Positions 51,969 through 64,000 of a stretch of DNA of 64,000 nt are shown in pieces. The stretch covers positions 20,708,001-20,772,000 of the forward strand of contig CM075987.1 in NCBI GenBank assembly GCA_038087875.1, given 5' to 3'. The notes below the pieces were generated by a model, which saw only the letters and a program-made list of their open reading frames with translations, was not told where the DNA came from and did not search any database. Numbering within the stretch: the first letter of the stretch is position 1; each line of letters starts with the position of its first letter. Made by a program: the position numbers and the translations under genes. Source of the stretch: Malacoraja senta. Taxonomy: Eukaryota.

Positions 51969-52162
51969 CTACAGAACAGAAAGAAAAGTTAGAGACATTG
52001 GACTGATAGAATCTTGGAACATTTAAATTAATAAAACACTCAAGAAAATCTATAGACATTCTTGAGCTTCCAATTCTGAATACAAAACTATGTTTTCAGG
52101 AAAATAAGCCTCCTTTAAACGTTGAGGAATACTTAAAATGACAACGATAGGCCAGGACTTAC

Positions 52163-52224
52163 CCAGTGTGACGTCAGTTAAAGCATTTAATGAGGAGGTG
52201 CTAGGAGCTGTAAAATGAAACCCA
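52163..52224 (-). CDS. NUP214: NUP214 exon (62 nt): GFHFTAPSTSSLNALTDVTL
   Basis: Strong acceptor tttttttcttacag, donor gtaagt; phase 2-1. Confidence 0.88.
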
Positions 52225-52616
52225 CTGTAAGAAAAAAAAAAACATTAGAGAATGATTCCCAAATGGGAATGTATCTAACACTCATTTCAAAATGAGATCT
52301 GCAGCACCATATCCTCTGCTAAAGTGGGAGATTGGGATCGCCGTCAATGGGAGTGGGAATCACTAATAATGCCTTATGACAAAGATGAGTTTTTAATAGA
52401 ATGGTCATATTTTTAGAGGAGAAATCACCATAGCTGCCATGCGCGCACACACAAATCAATCACCACTGGTCACTCAACACAAGGATGAATTATCTTAGCC
52501 CTTTGGCCAGAGTCCGTGCCGATCAACTCCGTTCCAATTTCCCCAAGTTTCACCAAACATTCCATGTATATCACCGATATAAAGCATATACGCTCCAAAT
52601 TTAAAAAAATACTTAC

Positions 52617-52665
52617 GAAGAAGCTCCTGGGAACGAGGAGATTTTATGAACCTGGTGACCAGGGG
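52617..52665 (-). CDS. NUP214: NUP214 exon (49 nt): APGHQVHKISSFPGASS
   Basis: Acceptor attgctgcag, perfect donor gtaagt; supplies exactly the phase 1-2 bridge needed between the flanking exons. Confidence 0.8.
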
Positions 52666-55210
52666 CTGCAGCAATAATATTTTCAGATTTCAAACTTTGT
52701 GCTTGACCCCCTGTAAAAAGGACAAATTCATTCTGAGTGGCTGACAGTTTTTCTGACAAAGTTGTTCACTATATCTCAGTACACGTGACAATAATAACCA
52801 ACGTCAATAAATCAATACCAATACTAATAACAGCATGAAGTCCACAAAATAAAGCTCAGTGTACAATGAGGGTTGATGTGAATTGTGATTTCCGAGTACA
52901 TTTGATTGTGAAGAGGCATCTGTAATCCCGATATCTCGGTTTTTTTCAGAAATAGAACTGAATGGTACAGAAGATCATTCAGCACTTTGGATTCATGCCA
53001 GCGGAGATTCACGCCAGCTGAGAGAATGCAATTGAGACAAATTCTGTTTTCTATCTTTAAGTCTCAATCTTCTAGGCCAAGGTACACCCAGATACTCTTT
53101 TGAATGCAATTAGGGCGAGCCGAGTCCACCACTCTCTCTGCACAAAATAAAGAATCAATAGACTTTAAATTATTAATTACAGGAATCCAAAAAACTTGGG
53201 ATACGAGTGAAGCGCATTTTGGGGTGGGACAGGCATAGTATTTAGTAAATAAATGAGATAAATAAATAAATAACTAATCCATATGGTGAATGTCTCAGAT
53301 GATCAAGAACCAACAGATCAAGTACTTCCATGTATTTCCACATACCATAGAAGCTTGTCGGTAAATTAGGAATTTAAATTGCCCCAGATTAGGTGGATTG
53401 TAGGCAAATGGCATGGGGTGGTGGTTAATGGAGAAGCAAGAGGAAAAATTGGCAGTGTAGATGAATACTTGTGGACATGGTGGAAGCAGGGCATGATGCT
53501 TTGTTACAAGACCGACTTTTCAAGCACATTAAGGGAGAATATCTTTAAATGCCGTTTAGTATTGTTTACATACATACAAACAAACAATTAAACAAGCAAG
53601 AGGAACCCCCTCTCTTTTAAAAAAAGATCGCATCTCCCGAAGGCAATTCAGAATTGTGGCATTCTACTTTTATTCAGACAACTCCAGTCACCAAATGACA
53701 AAATACAAGTGAATTTCAATATCAATTTGAGAGAGAGCAGAAGAAACACCAAGCTAATACTTTAAACTTAAATAGTGGCAATTATAAGGGTATGAAACCA
53801 AAAGGGAATCTGTAATTTAGGTCAAGGGATCAGTCAACTGAGATGCAGTTTCAGATACTTAAGAGCATTTTTCAGAATACAGGTTGATCAATTTTCTGGC
53901 ACCCTCGGTTCCTAGAGCCTTTCTGGACTAACGGAGGTCACGTAATAATGAAATACACCCCTGGCTGGCTAATGACACCCCTCCCGTGTCTATAAAGCAC
54001 CACTGAGTGCCAGGAACTTAAATAAAATGAATATAAAATGTAAACTGAGTGTGAATGGAATGACCTGCTGACCCATCCCTGGCTCACACCATCTCCACGG
54101 CTGTTTAGAGCTCCGGCTTCAGACGCCACTCACGACTCGCAAGGTGCACCAGCAAGCCCTTCTTCACCCACCAAAAGGACACAAAGTGATGGAGTAATTC
54201 AACGGGTCAGGATCTGTGGAGAACACAGATAGGTGACATCAGGACCCTTCCTTAGACCAATTCATTCACCTGAGTTACTCAAGCACTTTGTGTTTCAGTG
54301 TGCATTGGTCAAACATTGGTCAGCTCTCAGCTGGAGTACTGCGTGCAGTTCTGGTCACGTGGGTGTAAGTAGGTTGTGGTAGCACTGGAGAGGGTGGAGA
54401 AGAGATTCACCAGGACTTTACCTGGAAAGGGGCAGTTCATTTTTCAGCTGATCTGCTCTCCGAGCAGGAGAGGAGGTAAAGTGGGGACATGATTGGGGTA
54501 TATTGGAGGATGGCAGGGTAGATTGCAAGAAACATTTCCCCATATCAGAAGTAGATAAAACTAGAAGACATAGGTCTGGGGTAAGAGGAAGAGATTTAGA
54601 GGGAGAATGAAGGGGTCTCGACATAAGCAAGTTGGGGAGAGTGGCCTATTTCTATGCTGCACAATTCTGTTTCGAAAATAAAGCTAGCTGTAGGAATTCC
54701 TATTTAAAAACAACTCTTATTGAAAGCAAGTCCAGGAAACTGTTAGTGAAAACAAAGTTAATAGATGAGTGGAGCAGGTATTATGCATTAGGTGTTATAG
54801 AGTCATGGAACTATATAGCACAGAAACGGGCCCTTCAGCCCATCTTGTTGACCAAGTTGGCATACCAGGCTTGTCCCATTTGACTGCATTTGGCCCGCAG
54901 CACTCCAAATTCTTTGAGTCCCAACACTAATTTTCTGCTGCATTCACACATTGACCTCCATATGTCCCACTTCATACATTGTTCCAATGCCTCCCAACAT
55001 AAGCTAAAAGAAGAACCCCTCATCTTTTATATATGCAGCTCTCAAAACCTAAGATCTCATCTCACAAAACTTTTTTTACCCAATCTCGAGCTCCTATTTT
55101 GTTCACCAGATAGCATAAGACTTGACTACCCACCCAACCCTCTTTACTACAAGTCATTTTCCCCTAGAAGTGCGTGAAAGCAGACCCTCACCAAGCCTCA
55201 ATCTCCTTAC

Positions 55211-55328
55211 CTGGGGGAGCAGTGAAGGTAAAACCTTTTATGGATGTTGAGGATAAGGAGGATTCTGTTGAAGTTTGTCCAGTTTCAGCAAATGGCACTG
55301 TAAATTCTTTCACACTTGTCTGAGAACC
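55211..55328 (-). CDS. NUP214: NUP214 exon (118 nt): GSQTSVKEFTVPFAETG...KGFTFTAPP
   Basis: Acceptor aaaattgcag, strong donor CAG|gtaagg; open frame; phase 0-1. Confidence 0.82.
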
Positions 55329-55886
55329 CTGCAATTTTAAGTAGAAATGCCAACTTAGAAATGACGACCTACTGCAAAGTGCCAGTCTGATTCTCAGCGG
55401 TGCACTCCTTGTTTCTTGTACTAATAAATGGCGTCAAAATCAGAAAGTGGTGGACATTGCCTTTGACCTTCCCATCATTGAAGGCATCTAGAGGTAGCGC
55501 CGAGATTGAAGTGGCCTATGTGCAGATATGTAATCTGACCAATTGGTTCCGAGATTGCTTAGCTGCGTCTACAGCCTGCAGCTTTCACCATTTAGTACAT
55601 ATGCAGCTCTGTGCTGCAACCATAACTTTAGGTTAGGTTGGTGTTGCTACCTGCATACCTTTCTACATTCTCATTGACAATCAGGTCAATCCAATCATCC
55701 TACTGAAAGGCAAGGAGATTCAATGAACATATACTCAGCTTGCAGCTTGTAGATTGCAAGTGACCACGCATGAATGCCATATGCACTTCCCACCCCCCGA
55801 ACCAGCACTGTACAGACAGACAGTTGCCAGCCATCATAAAACGCAAAAGATAGGTTTTTAAATCAGTAAATAAATGGTAGCTTTAC

Positions 55887-55962
55887 CTGTTTGAGCTGGT
55901 CTGAGGGCACTTTTGTTAATTCCTGCTGAATAATCTCTGCATTTGAGGCTGGCATAGAAGGG
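55887..55962 (-). CDS. NUP214: NUP214 exon (76 nt): PSMPASNAEIIQQELTKVPSDQLKQ
   Basis: Acceptor ttctttcctcag, donor gtaaag; phase 2-0. Confidence 0.88.
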
Positions 55963-56056
55963 CTGAGGAAAGAACAAACAGCATGAATTAACAAAACACC
56001 ATACCTAAAATACCCATCAATAAAAAAATGCAATCCTCATATCATTGCTATTTCAT

Positions 56057-56260
56057 CTATACATAACTCTGATCTTGTGCTTTTCCGGTTTGCGCGGTCT
56101 CTCTATTTGCGCAAAAATGGTACGCTATAGCGTTACGGTTTTTCACCAGCTCACTCACCATTCTCCTGTGCTGCGAGTGCACCAGGTTTCGCTCCGATCG
56201 GTAGTCTATTGTAAAAGTTAGCGAGGTTTAAATATCTTAAAAACCGCGAGTGCGCAGTTG
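56057..56260 (+). mobile_element. Helitron-like 5' fragment, CpG-rich
   Basis: a|tctatacataactctgatcttg resembles the 5' end of the 7090 element (…aaaactctgatcttg). Confidence 0.45.
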
Positions 56261-57237
56261 AGTGCAGACATAGCGGCAGCCAACAGGAACAAGCAGCAGC
56301 TGGTGAGAGGGGAGGGAGTCCCACAGTAACCGAGCACATTTTGTCGGTGGTGCAGGCCTGAAGGAAGCGTTGTTCCCAGGGGCGACAACACGAGCCAAAA
56401 CAACAGCCGCAGTAGGTGAAGTGCTCGTTGGTGTGCTTGGGAGCTTGGGTGGGCGTCGGAAACCACAGCTGTATGCGGCCGGGGAGGTGGTGCGAGCCGG
56501 TGTGACGTTGGCAGGTACATCCACTATAACGAAAATTCATTATAAAGTGGTCTATTAAAACAAGGGTTTATTGTACTGTGGTCAAGAAGAGATTGCACAA
56601 ATTACAAACAGATAGCACTCAAAGTCAGGATCAAACAAAAGTTATTGGGAATTGGGAGAAAGCAGTACTACCTGGTATTATGTCCCCATGCCATCACAAG
56701 TTGTGGTAGCAACACTTCAATGCATTTGCCATCATGGCATGTCTCTATCTACTCATGAGTTTATGCCTTTAATTATATAGCTATCAACCGTAATGAACGT
56801 GTCAGATTATAAAGAACCAATGTTACGAGTAGTCTCATAAACAACAAAAGGGTATAAGATTAACAGCCATAACTTCCGCTTGTACTATGGTTGCTTGGGC
56901 TATGGTTGCTTGGGAACATGGAAGACTACATATAATTTTAGACAATACCAGTGAAGGAAGTAGAATATGAGGAACAGTAAAGCTGAAAAGGGAGAGCTGT
57001 CACCAAACACAGCATTACAGTGTTGAGCATAATGCAAGTTAATGAATCCAAGCTACAAGAATTAAAAACTGGCCAATGTAATGGCAATGTCCAGGTTAAA
57101 ACATCACTGTGAATATTTATGTGAAACAAAGCTACTAAAGATAAAATTTGTAAATCGTGAAAGACAAATTTCAGCTGAGCATTGACATTAGCTTGTACTT
57201 CCTTCCATTTCTCCCAACCAATAAGTATGCAACTCAC

Positions 57238-57346
57238 GTGATAATAGTTGACAGAATTGGAGGCTGATTTGTTTCTTTCTGCACTTGCGCACTGATTCCG
57301 TGAGGCACATTCTTCAGTGCAGCATCTGCCAGGGTACCACTTTGAA
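57238..57346 (-). CDS. NUP214: NUP214 exon (109 nt): VQSGTLADAALKNVPHGISAQVQKETNQPPILSTII
   Basis: Acceptor tttataaatgtag, donor gtgagt; LKNVP motif; phase 1-2. Confidence 0.9.
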
Positions 57347-58442
57347 CTACATTTATAAAGAGAACAAATCAAAGTAAAAAAACATTTTAAAAAGTTTTCC
57401 AGTTGCTCATATTGCATATCAAAAATTATAATTATGAAAAATGTGATCATACATACTTAAATAACAACGACTTACTTTAAGTTCACCCAATTTTAATTGC
57501 ACAGTAATGAAGTTTAATATACAACAAATATGCAAGATCTGTTCTGCATCCTATGCTGTGATCCTGAACTATATACTGTTTCCTATGGGCTTCTGGTCTG
57601 GCAAGATCTTTATTTTTTTTTAAAGATTTCCCCAAATCCTCACCTACTACTCATTCTTTGAACCTTCCCCACTTAAACAGCCTAGAATTTCTCATTTGCC
57701 GATCTCGTAACGGAGTCAATTATCATCACTCCTTCACAAGTGAGTATTCATCCAGCTGGCGGGTTCATGAGCTTCCTTAACTCTCTTCTTTAGGATGGTC
57801 CTTAAAACTCCCTAAATCACAAGGCAATATATTCTTTAGAGCATCAAGTTTTGTCAAAATGCCTTGGGTTTTAAATGAAATCATTATTGAAATGTACTTT
57901 TAAGACTCAAATTATTAAACAATTCACAAAGCCAACGGAGTGTAATTAGGGGCCCAATGCTGGAGATGTTGGGCTGTGAAGAACAGTGTCATTAATTCAC
58001 TTATCTTTCCTGTGAATTTGGAAGACGCAGTTACAGCACAATGGTTCTTTTTCCAGTGGCTTGAAATCCCTGATGCCAAATTGAGGGTCCAGAAGCATCT
58101 AGTAAGGCAGATTTCACTGATGCCTGGTGAACACAGAGCTGTGCTCTGGTCTTGGGGTCATGATCTTCAAACTCAGTGATCCAGTTTCTTTTGATTTGCT
58201 TGTTCATCCCATGAAGTGCGAGCTTGGGGGTCATTGATGTCTACCTGAAGGACAGGCTGTCTCTGATTTAACAATTCAACAAAAAGATACCACCATATGA
58301 TAGTGCAGATGAGGTCCAGAGTACCATACCTATGCAATACCCAAATAGCATCAAATTTTATCAGTGCAAAACACAACCATGTCGTACGACCCAAACTCCC
58401 TCCCCAATCATGTGACGTCAGTGATAGTCTGCAGTTTTCTAC

Positions 58443-58571
58443 CTGGTGTCAGATTAGTCAATTGTCTCCGAACAGCTGCTTGGCCTGCTGCCTGGGCAGC
58501 GGGAACACTGCTGATGGGCTTCTCAGGAACTATCATTCCTTGCTTCACCGTCTTGCCTGCTGGCCATGGAA
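58443..58571 (-). CDS. NUP214: NUP214 exon (~129 nt): VPWPAGKTVKQG...AAQAAGQAAVRRQLTNLTP
   Basis: Matches KTVKHG...QAAAAAALRRQM; donor gtagaa. The acceptor (cattacatcag) has a weak pyrimidine tract, so the 5' boundary is less certain. Confidence 0.85.
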
Positions 58572-59027
58572 CTGATGTAATGGGCGTCATTGGTCAAATT
58601 AATAAGACATGTAAAATGATCCAATTCATCAATATATCAACATCTTAAATTTGAATAAAAGATTAATAATTTAATTTTATTTATTTTTTAATAAATTAGT
58701 TTTAATAATCACCTTAATGTTTTCAAAACTTCTAATGACACTTCACATTGCATCGTTTGAAAGATTAGGAGGTCTCTCTCTGAGCAGTACTATATATCAA
58801 TCAATGTTATGTCATGTCATGATAAACTAGAAACAATGATCTGATTATTTATTGCACGGCTTTTGTAAGATCTCGTGCTTAAGTTGTCCGCCACATTTTC
58901 ATGTGCCAATAACAACCTCATATCAAAAACTATTTTATTACCTATAAAATAATTTGGACTTTGAAATGGTGGAAAGTGCAATGAAAAATCTTGATGTTCC
59001 TTCATGCACCTGTACTCTGCCACATAC

Positions 59028-59243
59028 CTGATGTGATAGGGGGCTGCACTTTGCCAAAGGGTGTTGACTGTGCGGTGATTAGTGCTGCTGTAAATGATTG
59101 TCGCCTTGCAATAGGGGAATGCTTGAATGGAAGCTCCTCTGGTTCCTCAGTCTCAATAATTGCCTTTTCTGTACCTGGCAAGGCAGAGATGGTCTCATCC
59201 TCATAACATTTGGGGGATAGAAATGCTGACCTGGACAAATTCG
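59028..59243 (-). CDS. NUP214: NUP214 exon (216 nt): ANLSRSAFLSPKCYEDE...TPFGKVQPPITS
   Basis: Acceptor ctcctcgacag, donor gtatgt; LSRSAFLS motif; phase 1-1. Confidence 0.93.
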
Positions 59244-60006
59244 CTGTCGAGGAGAATAATTTACATTTTCACAGATCATTCTCCTTGAAATAAAAAGCAG
59301 CAAATATATTTTAGTACCAAACAGCATAGATTCATTTTATTTATATTAACTCCACTGTTTGTTGCATTGTGCATAACTGTGAACTTGATTTTCCAGCAAA
59401 ACACAGTAATTGCTATTTATAATCATTTTAAGAAATGTCCATCTACCTAATGACCTTCTGTTGGATTTCCAAATGCACAATTGCATAACTGCAGTAAATG
59501 CTGAACACAAACTGTAACCCACAAAGGGGATCAGGAGGGTTTATGTGCACAAATTGATTCATCTACATTAATTAAGTGCTTATGGCGATTTCATCTACAT
59601 TAATTAAATATCCTAGAAGTACAAATCATCTACATGCTAATTGATAATTGTCTACAGATCACTGCAGATCAGTGGCATGGTTTACAAGCACTCAGGTACA
59701 AGTTCACATTAGATGCACTACACCATATTGGTCACAACCGTATCATAAAGTGAAATTTCACAAACAGTCATTTCCACCAGAATGAGACAGAGCTTTTAAG
59801 TTGTGGAAACGAACACATTTGAAGATGGTTATAACTCGGTGGCTGATCTCAATGAGTTTTAAATGGTGACATTATTAAGAGTTACCCACAAGCTACAATG
59901 GCCTGTCAAGTTGAAAGGAGCATCGTTCCATTCTAATACAATTAAAATTTGTATCACAAGTCTCTTTTCAACCTCACTTATGATTTTTCCAGAGTATGTG
60001 CGTTAC

Positions 60007-60090
60007 CTGGTGCAGTGGATCGTACGGGTGGTGTCTGTCTTTTTGAAAGGAAGTTCCGTAGTTGAGATTGCTTCATTGGTGATAGTTTGC
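60007..60090 (-). CDS. NUP214: NUP214 exon (84 nt): [28 protein letters not shown]
   Basis: Acceptor ttattttcag, donor gtaacg; highly conserved NUP214 motif. Confidence 0.96.
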
Positions 60091-61373
60091 CTGAAAATAA
60101 ATTTAAAAAATGTCTATGAAAGTCAAAACTCAAGGCCTGAAAGTCAATCCAAGTGTATTTACAATCACATATTCTTCAGTTCACAGAAGCATACAAGCTA
60201 GCTACTGAGTCCAAGTTGACATTGACAAAGCTTCTTCCCATCCTGTATTGAGATCCAAAATGTTTTAAAGGTTACAATAATATAAATTTCCACTCTCAAG
60301 TAGCACATTTCAGATAGTAATCAGTTTAAAAAACCTAATCGCTTGCTTTATTTTGCGCATCATCTCAAACCTGGATCGCACAGCTAATGGAAAGGTATGT
60401 TTTCTCACCAACTATTATTTTGAACATCTCCCCATTTCTACTTCCCCACAAAAGAAAATAATTTCTAGCACCTGGAATTGGTCATCCATCATTCCATTGT
60501 CATAAATCTCTTCAGCAGCTACACCAAAGTTCAGGCATTTTTACCCCCAAATGTCATGTTTGTAATTAGGCAGCATAATCTAACTTAGATCCAACCAGGT
60601 CCATGTGGTTTTTATACTCTGATGCCTCTGTTGTTAAGATAAAGGAGAATCCACATGCCTTTCCGTAGATTAATGAAAGGTTTAATGACCTGCCAATATC
60701 TTTAAATTCCAGGAAAAGGCAGCACCTGATCTAATGATGCTTATGATCCGAACTCAATACTTAAAGAGCAAATAATTCTATTGGTAATATCAACTGTCCA
60801 TTTCCCTCTATAAATACTCAACTGTAAAATTTGTGGTAGTGGGGGACTGTGATCAATTTTTTTACTGCAGCACAGCTGTTGCCTTACAGCGGGTACGATC
60901 CTGACTACGGGTGCTGTCTATACGGTGTTTGTACGTTCTCCCCGCTATCTTCGTGGGCTTTCCCCCGGATCTCCAGTTTCCTCCCACACTCCAAAAACGT
61001 ATGCGTTTGTAAGTTATTTGGCTTGGTAAAATTGTCCCTAGTGTGTATAGTGTTAATGTGCGGGGATCGCTGGTCGGCGCAGACTCGGTGGGCTGAAGGA
61101 CTTGTTTCCGCGCTGTTCATCTAAACTAAACGGTGCCTGACATTCCATTCCTACAGCAGTTCGTTTTTGCTCCAGATTCCAGCACCTGCAGCCTATTGTA
61201 TTTCCAGTTCTCTTGATAAACCATGTGGGGGGCAGATCTTTAAATATCTTGTCCATGGTGAAAGCAGGTACAGCATTTGTGATATTGTATGGATACAAAT
61301 TTTATTCATACAATATCCTCAAACATATAATCACTGCCTCTAAGAATATGTCATAAAAGCTCAGATGATTTAC

Positions 61374-61459
61374 CTGGGCTGCTTGAAGACAGCTTTGGTA
61401 CTGTATCCAGAGTAGTTTTCACCAAAACGTTGCGAAGCATCTCCAGCTCTGTGTTCCAG
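61374..61459 (-). CDS. NUP214: NUP214 exon (86 nt): WNTELEMLRNVLVKTTLDTVPKLSSSSP
   Basis: Acceptor cttttctttcag, donor gtaaat; phase 2-1 fits neighbours. Confidence 0.92.
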
Positions 61460-62768
61460 CTGAAAGAAAAGTAACATGTGTATGAAATGGGACACATTAA
61501 ATATATACTGTATGATTCATATTTGGATTGGGATGACGTTAGTAAAGGTTCTGGACCGTCAGAGCCAATGGCCACAGAGGTCTCAACTGGATATAACCAC
61601 CCCTCTGCCCGTCTCAAGATTGCCAAACAGCATTTAAAACATTCTTCAAGACCTGTTTATTCAGTAATCTTCGATGCCCAAAATTTTATATTAACAACAT
61701 TAAGGGGCAAAAAATAAGCTTCATCCAGAAATCAAAACATATCTAATGCTATACCTGCAAGAATTGGGTCTGTGCTAAGATAAAAATACTTTCCCCGAGT
61801 AAGCAACCAACCTACAAAAAATGACCTGAAGTCCTCTTCCTCACTCTGATCACATTAGTTTTACTCTACATGGACACAGATATAGTATATCTTGACAACT
61901 TCTGTCATAGATAATAAATTCTGCACTTTCAAACACACAGCAATGCTGATATTGAAAAAGATCAAGAGGTTGATGGTCAACTAAAACTGCAGAGCAAAGA
62001 AAAATATCTTCCATCCATCAATCAGCTCAAGGTTAAGAGTTTCTCCATGCTCAATTTATCAATGTATAAGCAAATTTCAGAATTCAAAATACTGATGGTA
62101 ATTCAAAAACATTCAGAAGCAAGAAAATCTCCATAGCAAACCCTCATGTGGGGCATCCTCCACTCTCACCAGCTGCCACTTCTTCCTGTTGGCCTGTCAC
62201 TTTGTCCGCTCATTGCCCCTCTACTGCCTACGCGGTTGCAGCAGACAATCAGCAATAACGGACACCATTCTCTCTCCCCCCCCCCCCCCCCCATAGTCCA
62301 TTGTAACAGGGGTTTACTGTGTCTTTCTTGATCTAAATGATTTACAGCTCGAGATCTTTCAAACAATAGTCAAGTGTTATGATAGAGTGAAATTTAGAAC
62401 TCTATCTGTGCATAACAAGGTCAGTGGATCCATTTGACCAAGTCTGAAGATAAATGTGGTGCTGGACATTGGGAAGAGCTATACTTCCCTTCTTCTAAGT
62501 ACAATTGTAGGATCCTGTGTGCTATCCTGAAGAGGAAGTCAACATTCCTAACATTGCATCTAAAAGGAAGCCTCACTGATGGTGTAACATATCCCCAGGT
62601 TTCTGTTGAAACTGCCAGAGTATCCTCCATGTCTCTCGAGTAGGATTGAGACCATCAACACTCAAAATTAGAGATGGTTGCATCACAGTACAAGTCACAG
62701 GTGATAAATTAATGTAGCACCGAGAATCTAATACTTTGAATATTTTTAACAAAAAATGGAAAACATAC

Positions 62769-62945
62769 CACTGATCACTGAGACATTTGTCATTAAGAAT
62801 GCACCACTTGGAGGTCTGATTATATATGCGGAGATTCTGCAGGCTGCTGATCAGCTCATTAATCTTCTTATCCTGCTGGTTAATAATCTCATGATGACTG
62901 GCCAGTGCATTAAACAGTACTTCTCGCTCCGGTAAAAGCAAGTGC
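62769..62945 (-). CDS. NUP214: NUP214 exon (177 nt): [24 protein letters not shown]...CLSDQ
   Basis: Acceptor tttcctcccag, donor gtatgt; phase 2-2; matches the NUP214 HLLVPERETLFN region. Confidence 0.95.
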
Positions 62946-63845
62946 CTGGGAGGAAACAATCGAAGTTTAGACAACAGTGAAGGTGAACCACATTATTGCT
63001 CCTCAATAATGATAGACAAAGATGCAAATCCCCAGCAAATTTTGTATGGAACGTTGATGAGACCACAGAGTAATGCGCATGATTCCGACTACATATCCTC
63101 AAAAGGACAGTGAGGCACTGAGAAGATTCAACACAGGCCGTCATTCTCGAACCCAAGAACTCAGGCCAAATATACATCTTGAGTCAACAGGTTACACTAT
63201 TTAATAACCAAACTAAATGAGGAAATGTTTCCTCCAAGGACAGCAGTAACTTATTTTTGGTCAGCTGACTTGTTCCTAGAATTGGAAAACAAAATCACTG
63301 ACAGTGTTATAATTTGGATGGGGATATGAACTGTAGCCTACAAACATGTCAGTAACTGCCTTTATGCCAAGATGTCAACGTGATGTAAATAGACATAAAC
63401 GAGAAATAGTCACCAATGTGCACAAAAAAGATGAAGATCCACAAAACTGGATATTGCTGATAGTGTCTGCATCTTCCCTGACTCAAGGATAATTGCATTC
63501 ATATAACTATTTACTTTAGTACAACATGCATTCACCAGGTAAAAACAGGAAATGTAGTTGTCAATTTGTGTTCAAATGTCAAGGGATGATTGAACAATCA
63601 GTTTATTTTCCCCTGTATCCCAAGAAAAATAAGTTCTCTCATCAAATCAGCATCACTTCATTTTTACTTTCACCAGGATGCACAGGTAGCCCCCTAATTT
63701 AAAAACATTGCCCACATCATCATCATCATCAAAAAGCAGTCGTGTCTCCAATAGAGCAGATTTGAAAATTTCCTGACCCAGCATCACTGCTGACAATGAT
63801 TGTAAAGCTCAGGCAGATTTCAAAATCCACATTCAACCCTCTTAC

Positions 63846-63949
63846 TTGTGTTTCTTGTTCTTTTCCTGGTATTGCTCCCATTCCATATCCAGCACATCAT
63901 TAACGTCTTGCACTGCAAACTTGACGTATTGATGTAAACGACGAATTTC
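63846..63949 (-). CDS. NUP214: NUP214 exon (104 nt): [35 protein letters not shown]
   Basis: Acceptor tttgattgcag, donor gtaag; near-identical to the vertebrate NUP214 coiled-coil segment. Confidence 0.96.
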
Positions 63950-64000
63950 CTGCAATCAAAAAGAGTCCAACAGGTTATTTTAATCTTTATTCCAAATAAA

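Larger units (their letters stand above)
14368..63949 (-). other. NUP214: NUP214 (CAN) gene, 3' portion: 19 coding exons, 5' end outside window
   Basis: Spliced exons give one open frame of 3900 nt with hallmark NUP214 peptides ([79 protein letters not shown], ...GWRG*). All introns are GT-AG and phases chain without conflict. Confidence 0.97.

Noticed and set aside
50054-52006. Several + strand ORFs up to 198 aa
   Set aside because: Antisense shadows of the NUP214 large exon; no independent coding signal
50002-52059. 685-aa ORF as a stand-alone gene
   Set aside because: It is an internal exon bounded by splice sites at 51968 and 50013; the ORF's first ~30 aa and last residues are intronic
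58173-58394. ORF as an extra NUP214 exon
   Set aside because: No similarity to NUP214, and exons 58443-58571 and 57238-57346 already join in phase

Overview
Eukaryotic genomic DNA, about 40% GC by eye. The repeat content (CR1/HER1-type LINEs, HE1/V-SINE-type SINEs, Penelope-like fragments) suggests a cartilaginous fish, probably a skate or ray; this is inference. The main feature is the 3' part of the nucleoporin gene NUP214 on the minus strand. I reconstructed 19 coding exons by eye, from 63949 down to the TGA at 14368-14370. All have AG/GT boundaries and consistent phases, and they total 3900 nt (1299 codons plus stop). They encode the end of the coiled-coil region and the S/T/P-rich and FG-repeat C-terminus, ending ...QSNQSFTRGWRG*. 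The 5' exons lie beyond 64000. Introns and the 3' flank are packed with transposon relics: CR1, L1/Tx1-like, Gypsy, Penelope-like, SINEs, Helitron-like, a hAT MITE and a P-like MITE. The most notable observations are: (1) a ~130-bp TSD-flanked mobile element that begins at a minimal hammerhead-ribozyme core; (2) an L1-like insertion into a Gypsy 3' end flanked by a 163-bp near-perfect direct duplication; (3) an expanded array of 11 K-x-E (PxKPE) motifs in the large NUP214 exon; (4) a CAAAG-ended MITE with an 8-bp TSD; (5) a ~95-bp intronic inverted repeat. No prokaryotic-type systems (CRISPR, operons) are present. Comparisons to human NUP214 and to repeat families are from memory, not from database searches.
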